Positions 10,725 to 21,901 of a stretch of DNA of 64,000 nt are shown piece after piece. Position 1 is the first letter of the stretch; each line of letters starts with the position of its first letter. The notes under the pieces are model-generated. The model ran no database searches. It was not told the DNA's origin and saw only the letters and a list, made by a program, of their open reading frames with translations. Source of the DNA: Balanoglossus misakiensis (taxonomy: Eukaryota; Animalia; Hemichordata); the NCBI GenBank assembly GCA_040954595.2, contig JBECUI020000032.1, forward strand, positions 124,001-188,000. Direction: 5' to 3'. The translations under genes were made by a program, and so were the position numbers.

Positions 10725-11367
10725 AGGCAGCCTTCCTTACTCTTAGGTTTCTTAAAATAGGATACAAGGATTAACCGATGGAAAGCAAACCGTCTTTCTG
10801 AAAATTACGGAGTTTACATGCCAGATACCCCTGACTGCGCTGAGATTCCAGAGAGTTTATTGGCCGTATGATGGTGATGAAGGTGGGCACACAACTCCAG
10901 TCCCGTACAGGAGATAATAGAAAAAATCAAAAATTACTTTAGCTCAGAGCTTAGGTGATTTCTTTATTGTCTGCGATATTTGCCAGGTCTTAACCCCAAT
11001 TCCTGTCAGGATGCCAGAATAAATTGGTTGGGAGTGTTTCTGGAAATTCTATGCATAAAAAGTGAGTTCTTGAATTTCCCGATTTCGGGGTTTTTCAAGT
11101 AGATTTCTATGTAGAAAAGAAGAATCTCCTGTTTCTGACTGATATCTGAGCTTGGCTCATGGTAAATGAGTCATGGGAAGGTAGAGGTTTCTGATATTCA
11201 ATACGGGGTGGGTATTTAACATTTCTTCTAAAAAAGTAGTTAGGAGACCAGGGGACAAAACTCCCCCTTCACCTTCGAATAACGGGATTGCCCTAACTTT
11301 CCAGGTGAAACCGCATCATTTTCCTTATAACCTGTATCGTAATAGGAAAAGCAGAAAAATCCGATGT

Positions 11368-11931
11368 CTAGTTCAACTCACTGCGCGTGTTAATAATTCT
11401 GGAAATCAGTCCATATTCCAGGGCCTCTCCTGCTGATAACCAGTAATCCCTATCGGTATCCTGAGCTACCTTTTCAACATTCTGGTTAGTCTCTTGGGAG
11501 ATCAGAAGATTGATTTTTTCCCGTAGTTTTTCCACTTCTTTAGCGTGAATTTCTATATCGGTGGCCACTCCTCGCATACTGCTCAAGGGCTGATGAATAA
11601 GAAAATGGGCATTGGGTAGACTCATGCGGTTTTCTTTTTTTGCTGCCAGGAGAATCAAAGCTGCGGCACTGGCCACTGTACCCATGCCTATGGTCAGAAC
11701 TTTGGGTTTAATGAAGCGAAGTATGTCGAAAATGGCATAGCCGGCATCGACATCTCCTCCAGGAGAGTCAATAAAAACCTTAATAGTGGAATCGTCATCC
11801 GCTTCCATCAACAGCAGCTGTTTAATTACCTTCTCTGCCAGTTCCTTGTCTACAGCTCCAGAAAGAAGGAGAGTTCTAGTCTGCAGAAGCTTTGAAGTCA
11901 GAGTGAATTCGTTTCCAAATTTTTCTACCAT
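11368..11931 (-). CDS. clpP: ATP-dependent Clp protease proteolytic subunit
   Basis: IDSPGG, VASAAA (Ser), IHQP (His), DTDRDYW; ATG at 11931 preferred, ORF open to 12003. Confidence 0.93.
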   Translation of the reverse strand: MVEKFGNEFTLTSKLLQTRTLLLSGAVDKELAEKVIKQLLLMEADDDSTIKVFIDSPGGDVDAGYAIFDILRFIKPKVLTIGMGTVASAAALILLAAKKENRMSLPNAHFLIHQPLSSMRGVATDIEIHAKEVEKLREKINLLISQETNQNVEKVAQDTDRDYWLSAGEALEYGLISRIINTRSELN

Positions 11932-12075
11932 ATTGTTTCCATTGTCTAAAAATGGCACGATAAACCTCGCTAATTTACAATTTTGACCCCGAAGAGCACC
12001 CATTAACTGGAAGATTTATTATTTTACCTATCCAGCAATAAAAAGAATATAGTGATTCAGGGAAAAGGAGACAAG

Positions 12076-12981
12076 ATGAAGTGTGGATTTATTGTTCTGG
12101 CAGGCCGTCCATCTGTAGGAAAGTCTACCCTGCTTAATGCCCTCTGTGAGAAACAAGTGGCCATTACTTCTCCAGTACCCCAGACCACGAGAAGATCTGT
12201 CAGGGGAATTGTTAATCGTCGGGAAGGCCAGCTGATATTTTTAGACACACCTGGTTATCATGCCTCAAACCGCAAATTCAATAACTACCTGAAAAATGTG
12301 TTACACCGTTCTCTGAACGATGCCGACCTGGTTCTCTACGTACTCGATGCCTCCAGGGAGCCGGGACAAGAGGAAGAGGCGCTTATGGAGTTGTTGGTTG
12401 CAGCTAAACTCCCGGTAGTGGTGGCAGTGAATAAGATTGATCTAGCCTCTTCTTCCTTAGAGTTTCTCCGGGGACTGGTTCTGACAAATCTAAAACCTTT
12501 TGCTATGGTCAATATCTCGGCAATTCAGGGGGAGGGGTTAGAAGCTCTGGTTGACGCTCTTCTGGACTGCTGTCCAGAAGGGAAGCCCCATTATCCTGAA
12601 GATTTTTATACAGATCAGGAACCGGAATTCCGTATTGCTGAACTTATTCGAGAACAGGCCATTGCCCGCACCAGTAAAGAAGTTCCCCATGCCATTTATG
12701 TAGAAATTGCCGATATGGAATTCAGAGAGCATACTTCGTCCCCCCAAAACCCTGCTCCTAGAAAACGGCTATGGGTTAGGGCTTTTATCATGGTAGAAAG
12801 TACCTCGCAGGTAGGAATTATCGTGGGTAAGAGAGGGGATCGGATCAAGGCAATACGGTTGGGAACACAGCAGATGTTGAAAAAGATCTTCCCTTGGAAA
12901 ATCGAGTTGGATCTCCGAGTCAAGGTGAATCCAAGATGGCGCCGAAAAGATGCTTTGCTGAAAAAAATGCTTGGAGCTTAG
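12076..12981 (+). CDS. era: GTPase Era
   Basis: GRPSVGKST, PQTTR, DTPG, NKID and a KH domain; AAGGAG upstream of ATG 12076. Confidence 0.95.
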   Translation: MKCGFIVLAGRPSVGKSTLLNALCEKQVAITSPVPQTTRRSVRGIVNRREGQLIFLDTPGYHASNRKFNNYLKNVLHRSLNDADLVLYVLDASREPGQEEEALMELLVAAKLPVVVAVNKIDLASSSLEFLRGLVLTNLKPFAMVNISAIQGEGLEALVDALLDCCPEGKPHYPEDFYTDQEPEFRIAELIREQAIARTSKEVPHAIYVEIADMEFREHTSSPQNPAPRKRLWVRAFIMVESTSQVGIIVGKRGDRIKAIRLGTQQMLKKIFPWKIELDLRVKVNPRWRRKDALLKKMLGA

Positions 12982-14573
12982 TTTTGACAAAGAAGTGCCG
13001 CTGCCTTTGTTCTGCCAATGGTATGAAGGAACGGTATGAGCCTTGGCCCTTTATTTTTTCCAATCAGACTCTGATACACGGCCGGGAAAAATTCCTCCGA
13101 TTTTAGATTCATTTCCTTCATCAAATCATAAAATTTCGTGCTGAATTCCTTTTCTGGGATGTCTCCCAGGCTGGTTTCTATAAGACCCCCCAGAGCTTTT
13201 ACGGCCTCTTGAAGATCTTTACGGAGAGGAGCGGGGGGGGTTGAGATTTCTCTTAAATCAAAGCGGAAATCTTCTGGTGCGTAGGTTTTTATCCAGTTCC
13301 ATGCACAGTTTGCCCGGCGGTGTAATCGTTTTTTCTGTTCTTCCCGCAAGTCTGTTAATCCTGCAAAAACCGCCGTTATATCACCTCCGTGGATTTGTAA
13401 AAGGGTGGTCAAATGGCGGTAGCTAAGTTGGTATGGCAGAGTTTCTGGGGCGTCGTCCACTTGGGAAAGCTTGTATATCCTGGCGTCCTTTTCCCATTTT
13501 TTTAATTTTTTTGGCTCCTTGGGTTTGTTGAAATATGCCCGTTCAATCTTGTCATAGTCTTCCACAATTTTGAGCACATCCAGATCAAAACTGATGGCAA
13601 ATTCACTGTTTGGACGGGTACTGGCAAAAAGGAAACGAATGACTTCAGGCTGGTAGATTTCCAGGACCTCTGCTAGGGAAATTACTTCTCCAGTGGATGA
13701 GCTGATTTTTCCGCCCCGACCTTTGATACGAACAAAATCATAGGAAAAGGTTATCGGGGGCTCATGAGCATACACTTCTTTGGAAATGCTTCTTGCGGTA
13801 TCAAAACTTCCCCCTTCAGAGTGGTGATCTTTGCCAGCAGGTTCAAAGTCCACCCCTTCATACTGCCAGCGCATGGGCCAGTCTATCCGCCAGGGCAGTT
13901 TGACCAGGGAAGTCTTTCTGAGATCTACTGTCTCATCATGTCCGCAAGACTCACAAGAGTAGTAGAGTTCCCAGTCTCTTGGGCGTTCCTTTACCACAGT
14001 GGTATCTCTATCGCAGCTACCACAAAACACAATGATGGGCCACCAGTCTTCTTCCAGAGGAGAAGTTCTGTGGGCATCCAAAAGCTTCCGGATAAGGTCA
14101 TGGTTATCTAATGCCTGTTTGATGCCCTGGGCGTAGGCGGAAGCCCGATAACGTTCTGCTTGATAGCGGTAAACAGGCTCTATTCCCAGCTCCGGTAGCA
14201 GGCATTCAAGAGCTTTCTCATTATGAGTTGCATAGTTCGCCTTGTCTCCTACAACGTCGGGGACCATAGTAATGGGTTTCCTCAGATAGTCCTTTAGTTT
14301 CTCTTGTTGAGGCATGTTCTGAGGAACTTTCCGAAACACATCATAATCATCCCAGGAATAAAGGAAAAAAACCTCCTTACCCCTATCCCTTAATGCCCGC
14401 ACCACAAGTTCTACCGAAATGATCTCTCGAAAATTTCCTATGTGTACTGTTCCTGATGGGGTAATACCTGAGGCACAAATGTAAGAAGACTTATCACCTC
14501 GATCACGAATAATCCTGTCTGCTGTTACATCGGCCCAATGACTGCTCAATGGACCCTGATAGTTTTCCTTCAT
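12978..14573 (-). CDS. lysS: Lysine--tRNA ligase, class I
   Basis: SGITPSGTVHIGN, DWPMRW, GKDH, KISSS. Confidence 0.96.
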   Translation of the reverse strand: MKENYQGPLSSHWADVTADRIIRDRGDKSSYICASGITPSGTVHIGNFREIISVELVVRALRDRGKEVFFLYSWDDYDVFRKVPQNMPQQEKLKDYLRKPITMVPDVVGDKANYATHNEKALECLLPELGIEPVYRYQAERYRASAYAQGIKQALDNHDLIRKLLDAHRTSPLEEDWWPIIVFCGSCDRDTTVVKERPRDWELYYSCESCGHDETVDLRKTSLVKLPWRIDWPMRWQYEGVDFEPAGKDHHSEGGSFDTARSISKEVYAHEPPITFSYDFVRIKGRGGKISSSTGEVISLAEVLEIYQPEVIRFLFASTRPNSEFAISFDLDVLKIVEDYDKIERAYFNKPKEPKKLKKWEKDARIYKLSQVDDAPETLPYQLSYRHLTTLLQIHGGDITAVFAGLTDLREEQKKRLHRRANCAWNWIKTYAPEDFRFDLREISTPPAPLRKDLQEAVKALGGLIETSLGDIPEKEFSTKFYDLMKEMNLKSEEFFPAVYQSLIGKNKGPRLIPFLHTIGRTKAAALLCQN

Positions 14574-14911
14574 GAGAAGGGATATTAGCCAGAATTCTAA
14601 GAGGCTTTCAAGATGCTTGCGTATATACTTAGAGAACAGTCAATTCAGTTTTACTTCTTTTTTTCAGCTTTTATCATAACTATCAGAAGCTATGCCCCCC
14701 CGATAGATTATTCACAGGAGAAACATGTTATGCTATTTTTTATGGCGAATTCAGCAAAGAACAGGAAACTCTACTGTATCTGTCATTGTTAAAATACAGA
14801 ACCTGCAAAATGGTGGTATGAATTGATCCATCCTTACCTTGGGATCTTGGGTGTCACCAAGCTCTAACCTAGAACAGCATTACTCCACCATGGAGAAACT
14901 TTAAGACCTGA

Positions 14912-15523
14912 ATGAGAAAAACCGACTATAGACATATGGAGATTTCACGTTTCACTTTAATTATTATTTTATTATTGCTCCCCTTCTCCGTCACTGCATG
15001 GGAAGAAGAGGGGATTGCTTCATGGTATGGGGGGAAATTTCAGGGGCGTAAAACCGCCAATGGAGAAATTTATGATATTTACGGCTTTACTGCCGCCCAC
15101 AAGACCCTTCCCTTTGGAACCATGGTGGAGGTTGTCCGTCCAGATAATGGCATGTCTGTAATGGTACGCATCAATGACCGTGGACCTTTTGTTGAGGGAC
15201 GTATTATTGACTTGACCTATGCTGCTGCTAAGAGCATTGATATGATCCGCAATGGCACGGTGAAGGTAATTGTACGAACAAAAACAAAACTTGAATTTCC
15301 CAAGGTGAAGTTTACCATACAAATAGGAGCCTGGAGCGACATGGAAAATGCTTCTAAGAGTCGTCGGAAGCTTGAAACTGTCGGTCTGACACCTCAAGCC
15401 ACGCTAGGGCCGGGGAACATTGTCCGCCTCGCTCTTTACGAAATAGAAGAACAGGAGATTAACGGTATTGTGGAGAAATTAGAATCTTTGGGCTACAGCA
15501 ATTTGTGGATTCACCAGAAATAG
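14912..15523 (+). CDS. rlpA: Septal ring lytic transglycosylase RlpA with SPOR domain
   Basis: [31 protein letters not shown]; C-terminal IQIGAW (SPOR). Confidence 0.92.
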   Translation: MRKTDYRHMEISRFTLIIILLLLPFSVTAWEEEGIASWYGGKFQGRKTANGEIYDIYGFTAAHKTLPFGTMVEVVRPDNGMSVMVRINDRGPFVEGRIIDLTYAAAKSIDMIRNGTVKVIVRTKTKLEFPKVKFTIQIGAWSDMENASKSRRKLETVGLTPQATLGPGNIVRLALYEIEEQEINGIVEKLESLGYSNLWIHQK

Positions 15524-15707
15524 TGACTGCGTTTGGAATCTTCCTGATTTTAACCTTTGAAAGAAAGTTCATACACAGGTAGCTAGTTCCCCAGGTTATC
15601 ATTGTGAAAAATCCGAGACACTTCACCAAAGGGGACAGTTTCTCTTTTCCTAAGTTTCATGAGAGATTGGGGAGGAGGCATTCCTGGAGTCTTTATCTTC
15701 TATTGTT

Positions 15708-17357
15708 TTAGCCCTGTCGGCTGGCAACTTCCTCTGTGGCCCGAAGCAACACGGGAAGGAGTTGTTTTTTTCTGGAGAGAATACCCGGGAGGGAGTACAG
15801 ATCTTTAGCTATGGCTTCATAGGGAAGCAGCGCTGCAGCCTCTTCTAGCCCCCGTACTATAAGAATGCTATCCCCGTGGACAACATCTGTGAGTAAAAGC
15901 ATGGCCCCTACTAAACCCATTTGGGACCGCTGGTGGTCCAGGGCAGCTTTGAAACCTTCCAGAACCCCCTCAATGCCTGCTAATGTCTGAACTTCCGCCT
16001 GCCCAATGCCAAATTTGACTTTCCCCGAATCATAGGTTTTAAAATCGGCCGCTACTGCAGTTGGGGGCTTTAGATCTTCCGGGCGGGATTCGGCAGAGAA
16101 CATATCTCCTCCCCAAACTTTCCAGTCAATACCAGCATGTCGGGCTAATGACTCCACCACTTTTCTGTCCTCAGCTGTTGCCGTGGGTGATTTAAAAAGC
16201 ACGGTATCTGACAGTATGGCCGATAACATGAGTAGTGCAATCTCTGTAGGGATGGCTACAGCATGTTGTTTATAAAGGCTGTGAAGGATGGTGCAGGTAC
16301 TTCCCACGGGACGTACATTGAGAGTGAAGGGTTCCCGGGACATAAAGGATCCGACCCTGTGGTGATCAATAATCTCCACAATTTCTGCTATTCCAGCACC
16401 AGGGATGCTTTGCTCTATTTCGTTGTGGTCTACTAAGATCAATCGCTTTTTAGGTTTGTTCAGGAAGGAACCTCTTGAGACAATTCCTACAAATTCATCC
16501 TTGTCAAACACAGGAAGTCCCCGGTACCCAGAATTCGCAAGAACTTTTTTGGCTTCCTCAAAATCATCATGAATGTCCAAACATTCGGTTTCCCGTTCGA
16601 AAATATCATGGAGTGGGGTGCTGAAACGGAGCAGCCTTATGGTTTCGGAAGTATCAACATCGGAAAGGAAAATGGCTCCAGAGTAATTTTCTAATTTCAA
16701 TTTTGCAAGTTCTTCTTCTTTGGTCCCGGTAAGTACCAAGGCGGGTACTTTGTGTTGGCTGACAAAGTTGATTAAATCCTTCCGCATTCCCACGATAAAG
16801 AGGGGAGAATTGTCTTCTAAAGCCTCCATTTGTTGGATGCTCTGTTCGTAAGGCATGGCCCCAATCATCATAGGAGAGATAAATTCTTCCTGCTTCCCCC
16901 GACTGATAAGTCTTCCAGGCACCACCTTAGCTAAGTTTTCTACCAAAAAGCGGTATTGGGGTCTGGCGCCAAAGGTCTCTCGGATAAGGAAATGACTGAT
17001 TTCGACGCTCGAGATTATCCCCAAGAAACGGTTATTCTCATCAAAAACTGGCAGGATGCTCAAGCCTGTATCGTCAAGTTGAACTATAGCCTTTTGTAAG
17101 GGATCGGTGACGATAAGCTTGGGAACTTCCCGAATGACCACATCTTCTACTTTAGGAAACACATCATGGCGATACACCGGTACATCAATCTTTAACTTTC
17201 CATAAATCATTTGGGTTTGGGCATTGAGATTTCCACAGCGGATGGGTATGTATGAAGTTTCCCGATCTATATGCCCCAAGAGATGGGCATAAACAACGGC
17301 TGCAGCAATAGAATCGAAATCAGGGTTGCGATGACCAGTTACATAAACAATGTTCAA
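15708..17357 (-). CDS. ppaC: Mn-dependent inorganic pyrophosphatase with CBS/DRTGG insert
   Basis: GHRNPDFDS, LVDHNE, IIDHH, LSDT, SRKKQ; CBS domains. Confidence 0.9.
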   Translation of the reverse strand: MNIVYVTGHRNPDFDSIAAAVVYAHLLGHIDRETSYIPIRCGNLNAQTQMIYGKLKIDVPVYRHDVFPKVEDVVIREVPKLIVTDPLQKAIVQLDDTGLSILPVFDENNRFLGIISSVEISHFLIRETFGARPQYRFLVENLAKVVPGRLISRGKQEEFISPMMIGAMPYEQSIQQMEALEDNSPLFIVGMRKDLINFVSQHKVPALVLTGTKEEELAKLKLENYSGAIFLSDVDTSETIRLLRFSTPLHDIFERETECLDIHDDFEEAKKVLANSGYRGLPVFDKDEFVGIVSRGSFLNKPKKRLILVDHNEIEQSIPGAGIAEIVEIIDHHRVGSFMSREPFTLNVRPVGSTCTILHSLYKQHAVAIPTEIALLMLSAILSDTVLFKSPTATAEDRKVVESLARHAGIDWKVWGGDMFSAESRPEDLKPPTAVAADFKTYDSGKVKFGIGQAEVQTLAGIEGVLEGFKAALDHQRSQMGLVGAMLLLTDVVHGDSILIVRGLEEAAALLPYEAIAKDLYSLPGILSRKKQLLPVLLRATEEVASRQG

Positions 17358-18022
17358 GAGTCTACTCCAGAGTTATCCTATCGAAAGTAATAAGAGCTTA
17401 ATTCTCTTAGGGCTGATTGACAAGGAGATGTTTCCAGATCGGTACGTGATAGAAAGGGAAAGAGGGGATGAAGAAAATCGGTTTCCCGGTACATATTTCT
17501 CCACTGACATATTGCTAATGGGCATCATGGAACTGGTAGGAATAGAAATTTTGGAATCGGACAAGAGATTCTTCTTTTCAGCAAGGTTTCTTACTATAGA
17601 TTTGATATTAAGATGCATCAAAATGGGCTCGGAATTCCCAAGATTTCTTCTTTGAGTAACTTGCTTCTCATGGCGCCAAATAAAGCAGCTTCGATATGCA
17701 TAACAAATCTCCAGGACACGCTTTTAGTTTATCTTAGGTACTTTTTTGACTCTGTCAACTGAAAAACCGAAATTCTGGTTAAGTACCCAGAGAATCGCCT
17801 CTTCCCTATATCCTTTAATTGCTTAATTAATTTTGCTTTAAAACCAGAAATTTTTCCTAACTGCAGATAAGTTAACACCAAATAAAGAAGGTGTTGTGTA
17901 GGGATGAGAGTTCTATTGTCAGGAAGAAGGTTAAACCGTCTTATAAACTCTGATCAAGTTTTCCGAATGTAGTCTCCCTGATTTTTTTAATCTAATCTGA
18001 TATCATAGGATTGGAGGCTGTT

Positions 18023-19000
18023 ATGAAATTTACCAGGCTGAGACCTTCTCGATTTTTCACAGTGGTATTTTTATTTTTTGTAGGTCTTCTCTTTTTAAAT
18101 GCCCAGGAGGAACACAAAGCTACCATTGTGACAATCCTGGAAAGATATACTGAGTTGATGAAAATGGAGTTGGATCAAGAGGAAGATTTGCCGTTGGAAA
18201 CCTGGAAAACTATTCTGCAGGCTATAAACAATGGATTTCTACGATTTTCGGTGAATCCAGATATGGAGGGTTTATTGATTGATGGAGTCGTTTTTCAGGT
18301 GAATCCCCGACAAGAGATTCAGCATATCATATTTTCTCCGAGTTTCTTGAACCTCCATGAAAACCATCCTGCCGCTGTTTACGCCGTTTTGACCAGAGAA
18401 TTCAAAAGTGCCCGGGATTTTTTTATGAATCCCCAGTCCTATATTCGGAGTTTTCAAGATCCTCTGGCTCAGGCTATTCTCCGCATAGATGCCGCCCTTG
18501 TTGAGACCTTATTCATTCGGGATAGATTGATCAATTCAGAGTATGAGATTGGACTTTACGAACAGTTTCTCCTAGACAGTCTGGAAAAAGATGGTCTGAC
18601 CAGTGCCCTTATTTTTCTGGAACATCTTTCTCTGCCTATGGCAACAAGTCTGGAAGCTGTAAGGCTTAATTTCGAAGAGGATAACGATGAAGAGGTTCTT
18701 AGAAATTTTGTCCTTGAACTGGGAGAGCAGATCCAAGAGGAATGGAAGGCTATAAATAAGGAAGACGCAAGTCTTGTTTACCCTGCTGTCGTGCTTATTT
18801 ATTCCTGGCTTGAATTTACCCCCTGGATTATTTCCCGTATCCATAATAAAGAAGCAGAGGCTAGGGACTTTAAGGAGATTCTGGAAATTGAGACCGATTA
18901 CCAGAATCTCTACCAAAATTTCCTTAATATCAGAGAGCAGGAAAACTTTCTTATGGAACAGGTCTATATGGAAATCAGAAAGGGGTTCTATCCTAGCTAG
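18023..19000 (+). CDS. Hypothetical exported acidic protein
   Basis: Long ORF with signal peptide; GGAGG upstream of ATG 18023. Confidence 0.75.
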   Translation: MKFTRLRPSRFFTVVFLFFVGLLFLNAQEEHKATIVTILERYTELMKMELDQEEDLPLETWKTILQAINNGFLRFSVNPDMEGLLIDGVVFQVNPRQEIQHIIFSPSFLNLHENHPAAVYAVLTREFKSARDFFMNPQSYIRSFQDPLAQAILRIDAALVETLFIRDRLINSEYEIGLYEQFLLDSLEKDGLTSALIFLEHLSLPMATSLEAVRLNFEEDNDEEVLRNFVLELGEQIQEEWKAINKEDASLVYPAVVLIYSWLEFTPWIISRIHNKEAEARDFKEILEIETDYQNLYQNFLNIREQENFLMEQVYMEIRKGFYPS

Positions 19001-20175
19001 TTTTTAAAAGCTTTGACCATTAGTTCCAACCCTTTGGCTAACATCGATTGGGGACATGCGATGTTGAGCCGCAGATGCCCTTGGCCTCCAGTACCAAAGA
19101 GGGAACCCATGCTAGGCCAAAAACCGATGTCAAAGAAGACTTGCTGCATTTCTTTGTCTTTCATTCCCAGAGGGCGCATGTCCAGCCATTCCAAATAAGT
19201 CCCTTCTAGGGGGACCGCCGAGACTTCTGGCAACTCATGCCTGAGGAACTCTCGAAGGAAATCATCGTTCTTTCTAAGGTAGGCAAGCAGAGCCTCCAGC
19301 CAAGCTTCGCTTTTTTCCCAGGCGGCTTCGGCAGCCACATAGGAAAAAACAGCCCCGGAGCCACGGGAAAATCCTATTGAGGCCATCAGTTTTTTCAGCC
19401 TATCCCGAAGATCTTCCTGAGACACAACCGCATAGGCTAGAGGAAGGCCAGGAATGTTAAAGCTTTTCGTAGGCGAAAAAAGGGTTATGGACCGAGAGTT
19501 CTCCTTGGCGAAAAGGGGCCATGGAAGATGTTTGTGGGGAGTGTAAACCAGATCAGCATGAATTTCGTCGCTAATAACTATAACTTCATGAGCCCTGCAA
19601 AGTGCTTCAAGTTGAACCAATTCTTCTCTTTCCCAGACCCGTGCCACAGGATTATGCGGATTGCAAAACACAAGGAGACGGGCATTGTTTTCCTGTATAG
19701 ATTTTTCCAGACCCAAGAAGTCTATATGCCAGCGATTGTCATTTCCCTTGTAAAGGGGATTAGAGACCACTGTCCTATCGTTGGTCTCTATGGCCCATCG
19801 GAAGGGATAGTAGACTGGTTCCTGAATTACTACCGCCTCTCCTGGTTCTGTCAAGTTCTGAATCAACAAATGTATGGCAGAAACAATTCCAGGGAGTTCT
19901 ATCAAATGATCTCGACTTGGTTGCCATCCATAACGCCGTTCCAACCAGGAGAGAAAAGCCTCAGCAAGACTTTCGGGAGCCTCATGATAACCAAAAATTC
20001 CATGCCCCAAGCGTTGTTGAAGAGCCTCCCGTATGGGTTTAGCGGCCAGAAACTCCATGTCGGCAATCCAGAAAGGCAGAAGTTCCTTTCCCTGAGTTCG
20101 TTGTTTCCCCCGATCCCACTTTACACAAGCTGAATCCCGTCTATTAATAATGCAATCAAAGTCTATTTTGTCCAT
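18997..20175 (-). CDS. patB: MalY/PatB family PLP-dependent cystathionine beta-lyase
   Basis: WIADMEF, CNPHNP, SDEIHADL, SPTKSFNIPGL. Confidence 0.9.
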   Translation of the reverse strand: MDKIDFDCIINRRDSACVKWDRGKQRTQGKELLPFWIADMEFLAAKPIREALQQRLGHGIFGYHEAPESLAEAFLSWLERRYGWQPSRDHLIELPGIVSAIHLLIQNLTEPGEAVVIQEPVYYPFRWAIETNDRTVVSNPLYKGNDNRWHIDFLGLEKSIQENNARLLVFCNPHNPVARVWEREELVQLEALCRAHEVIVISDEIHADLVYTPHKHLPWPLFAKENSRSITLFSPTKSFNIPGLPLAYAVVSQEDLRDRLKKLMASIGFSRGSGAVFSYVAAEAAWEKSEAWLEALLAYLRKNDDFLREFLRHELPEVSAVPLEGTYLEWLDMRPLGMKDKEMQQVFFDIGFWPSMGSLFGTGGQGHLRLNIACPQSMLAKGLELMVKAFKN

Positions 20176-20297
20176 AATCCTCCAAGCCTCTGTTAATACA
20201 AAATAACGAAAATTTTTTTTTATGTAACCATACTCTTTTCAGAGATATTTTGAAACAAGGGATAACATCGTTCCGTAAGTTAAGCTAGGAGGTCTTC

Positions 20298-20942
20298 ATG
20301 ATTCTAATTAAAACCGGAAATATTTCGAGTCCAAAAGGCCTGGCCCCGAAATTTTGCCCTAATCCGAAGTGTAGAAATCATTCTCAGCCCTCAGGAAAAG
20401 CATGGTTTTGCTTTCGGGGACTTAAAAAGAACAATCGACATGGGACTGTCAGGAATTACTTGTGTTATTTGTGCGGCAGGTCTTTTTCTTCTCCATCTTT
20501 TTTAATTTCCTATTACGAGAAGGTCTCAATTTCTTATGACGTCATATTGTCCCATGTTCGTAAGGACATCAATCTGCAGGAGTGGGCTAGGGAGGTTGGA
20601 ACTAGACCGGGCACGCTAAAGCTGCGGCTCTGTAAAATTGGAGCTGTAATGTTAGAGGAACTATCTTCACAATGTCTCCCTGCGGCGGTGACACTGATCG
20701 TGGAGATACATAAAATGGTACAACAAGGGGTAAAGCCTTATCGTATTCTCAGAGAGCTCATTCTGAGGATGAAAGAGTTATTGGTTATAATCCATGAGAA
20801 GTTCTCAAAATCCAGAGCTTTTTTAAGTTCTTTGTTAGCTGAAAAGAAGAAACTCTTTTGCCAGCTAAGACTCCTCTGTTGTAGTTGGTGCTACAGGATG
20901 AGTAGAGGGGGCTTCTACTATACGAGATATCAATGGGAATGA
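20298..20942 (+). CDS. Zn-ribbon/HTH protein, possibly a transposase N-terminal remnant
   Basis: CPNPKC...CYLCGRSFS followed by an HTH-like segment; AGGAGG RBS; no recognisable DDE domain. Confidence 0.5.
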   Translation: MILIKTGNISSPKGLAPKFCPNPKCRNHSQPSGKAWFCFRGLKKNNRHGTVRNYLCYLCGRSFSSPSFLISYYEKVSISYDVILSHVRKDINLQEWAREVGTRPGTLKLRLCKIGAVMLEELSSQCLPAAVTLIVEIHKMVQQGVKPYRILRELILRMKELLVIIHEKFSKSRAFLSSLLAEKKKLFCQLRLLCCSWCYRMSRGGFYYTRYQWE

Positions 20943-20987
20943 CAAAAAGAGCAAACACCTCCCAACAACTCTAGTGACAATATTTTG

Positions 20988-21722
20988 CTAACGAATCTGC
21001 CTGTTTTCCCTTCTTGGGAGACTTGCAATTTGCTCCACATTATATCTAATCACGTCTTCTATTTCTTTGGTGTTCTTTAGCCCCGGGAAATTAAGAAAAC
21101 TAAGGTAGTGATTTTCTGGTAACACCTTCAAAAGGGGAGTAGCTATGGGGTTATGGATGTTATCAATGATAAATTCAGATCGCTGCTTAGCTAAACGAGA
21201 GATATCTCCTGGACCGAGTGGTCCTGGTCCAAAAATATCTACGATGTGAAAACCAAGTTCTTTGAGAATATCCACATGAAAAAAATGAGCAAGCACCCTA
21301 GCTCCCTGATATTCAGAAAGTTCTTCCCGAGCTTTGCTATAAATATTTTCAAACTTTTCGAACGTAGCGGGAAGCAATTGATCTTTTCCCAAAGTTTGAG
21401 CCACATGAGCCAAAGATAGCTTGAGTTTGTTTTTTTTGTAGCTGGTGTCCACCCTGATAAGCTTAGATTTGTATTCCTTTTCAAGAAAGGAAGCCATCGC
21501 TTCGTAACCTGCGTAAAAAATATGATCAGCCTCTTCAAGCAAAACTATGTCCGAGGGGACAAGCTCGTATTCCGTGGGATGGAGAAAAACAGCCGGTGCA
21601 AGAAATTCAACTGGTTTATCCGAGATTTCTCTCACTATCGCTGCGACCCAACCTGTTGTGGTGACCAAGTTCTGGGGGTATAAAACCATCGGTGTACATA
21701 GAAAGAGAAGAAATCTTTTCAT
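20988..21722 (-). CDS. Metal (Zn/Mn) ABC transporter substrate-binding protein
   Basis: HPTEYELVPSD, YAGYE; ZnuA/TroA-like. Confidence 0.8.
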   Translation of the reverse strand: MKRFLLFLCTPMVLYPQNLVTTTGWVAAIVREISDKPVEFLAPAVFLHPTEYELVPSDIVLLEEADHIFYAGYEAMASFLEKEYKSKLIRVDTSYKKNKLKLSLAHVAQTLGKDQLLPATFEKFENIYSKAREELSEYQGARVLAHFFHVDILKELGFHIVDIFGPGPLGPGDISRLAKQRSEFIIDNIHNPIATPLLKVLPENHYLSFLNFPGLKNTKEIEDVIRYNVEQIASLPRRENRQIR

Positions 21723-21901
21723 TTATTCCTCTTGATTCTCAATATTCAAAAAAATTTATGGTGGATCGAGAACCTTTGTATGGCAAAAGAAATTACCATA
21801 TAAGCCAAGAATAGAAAAGAAATAAATCGTAGTAGAGCTTTTTCGCTGACTCCTTATAGATCTCTTGATTTTTAGTAATTTTAGAGATAACATAAAAGAC
21901 G

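Noticed and set aside
10730-10920. Lysine riboswitch upstream of dapA
   Set aside because: I could not find the conserved L-box core or its pairing; an Rfam scan would be needed.
17350-17655. 101-aa ORF divergent from the pyrophosphatase gene
   Set aside because: No recognisable motif, overlaps the neighbouring start, and has an equally weak antisense ORF.
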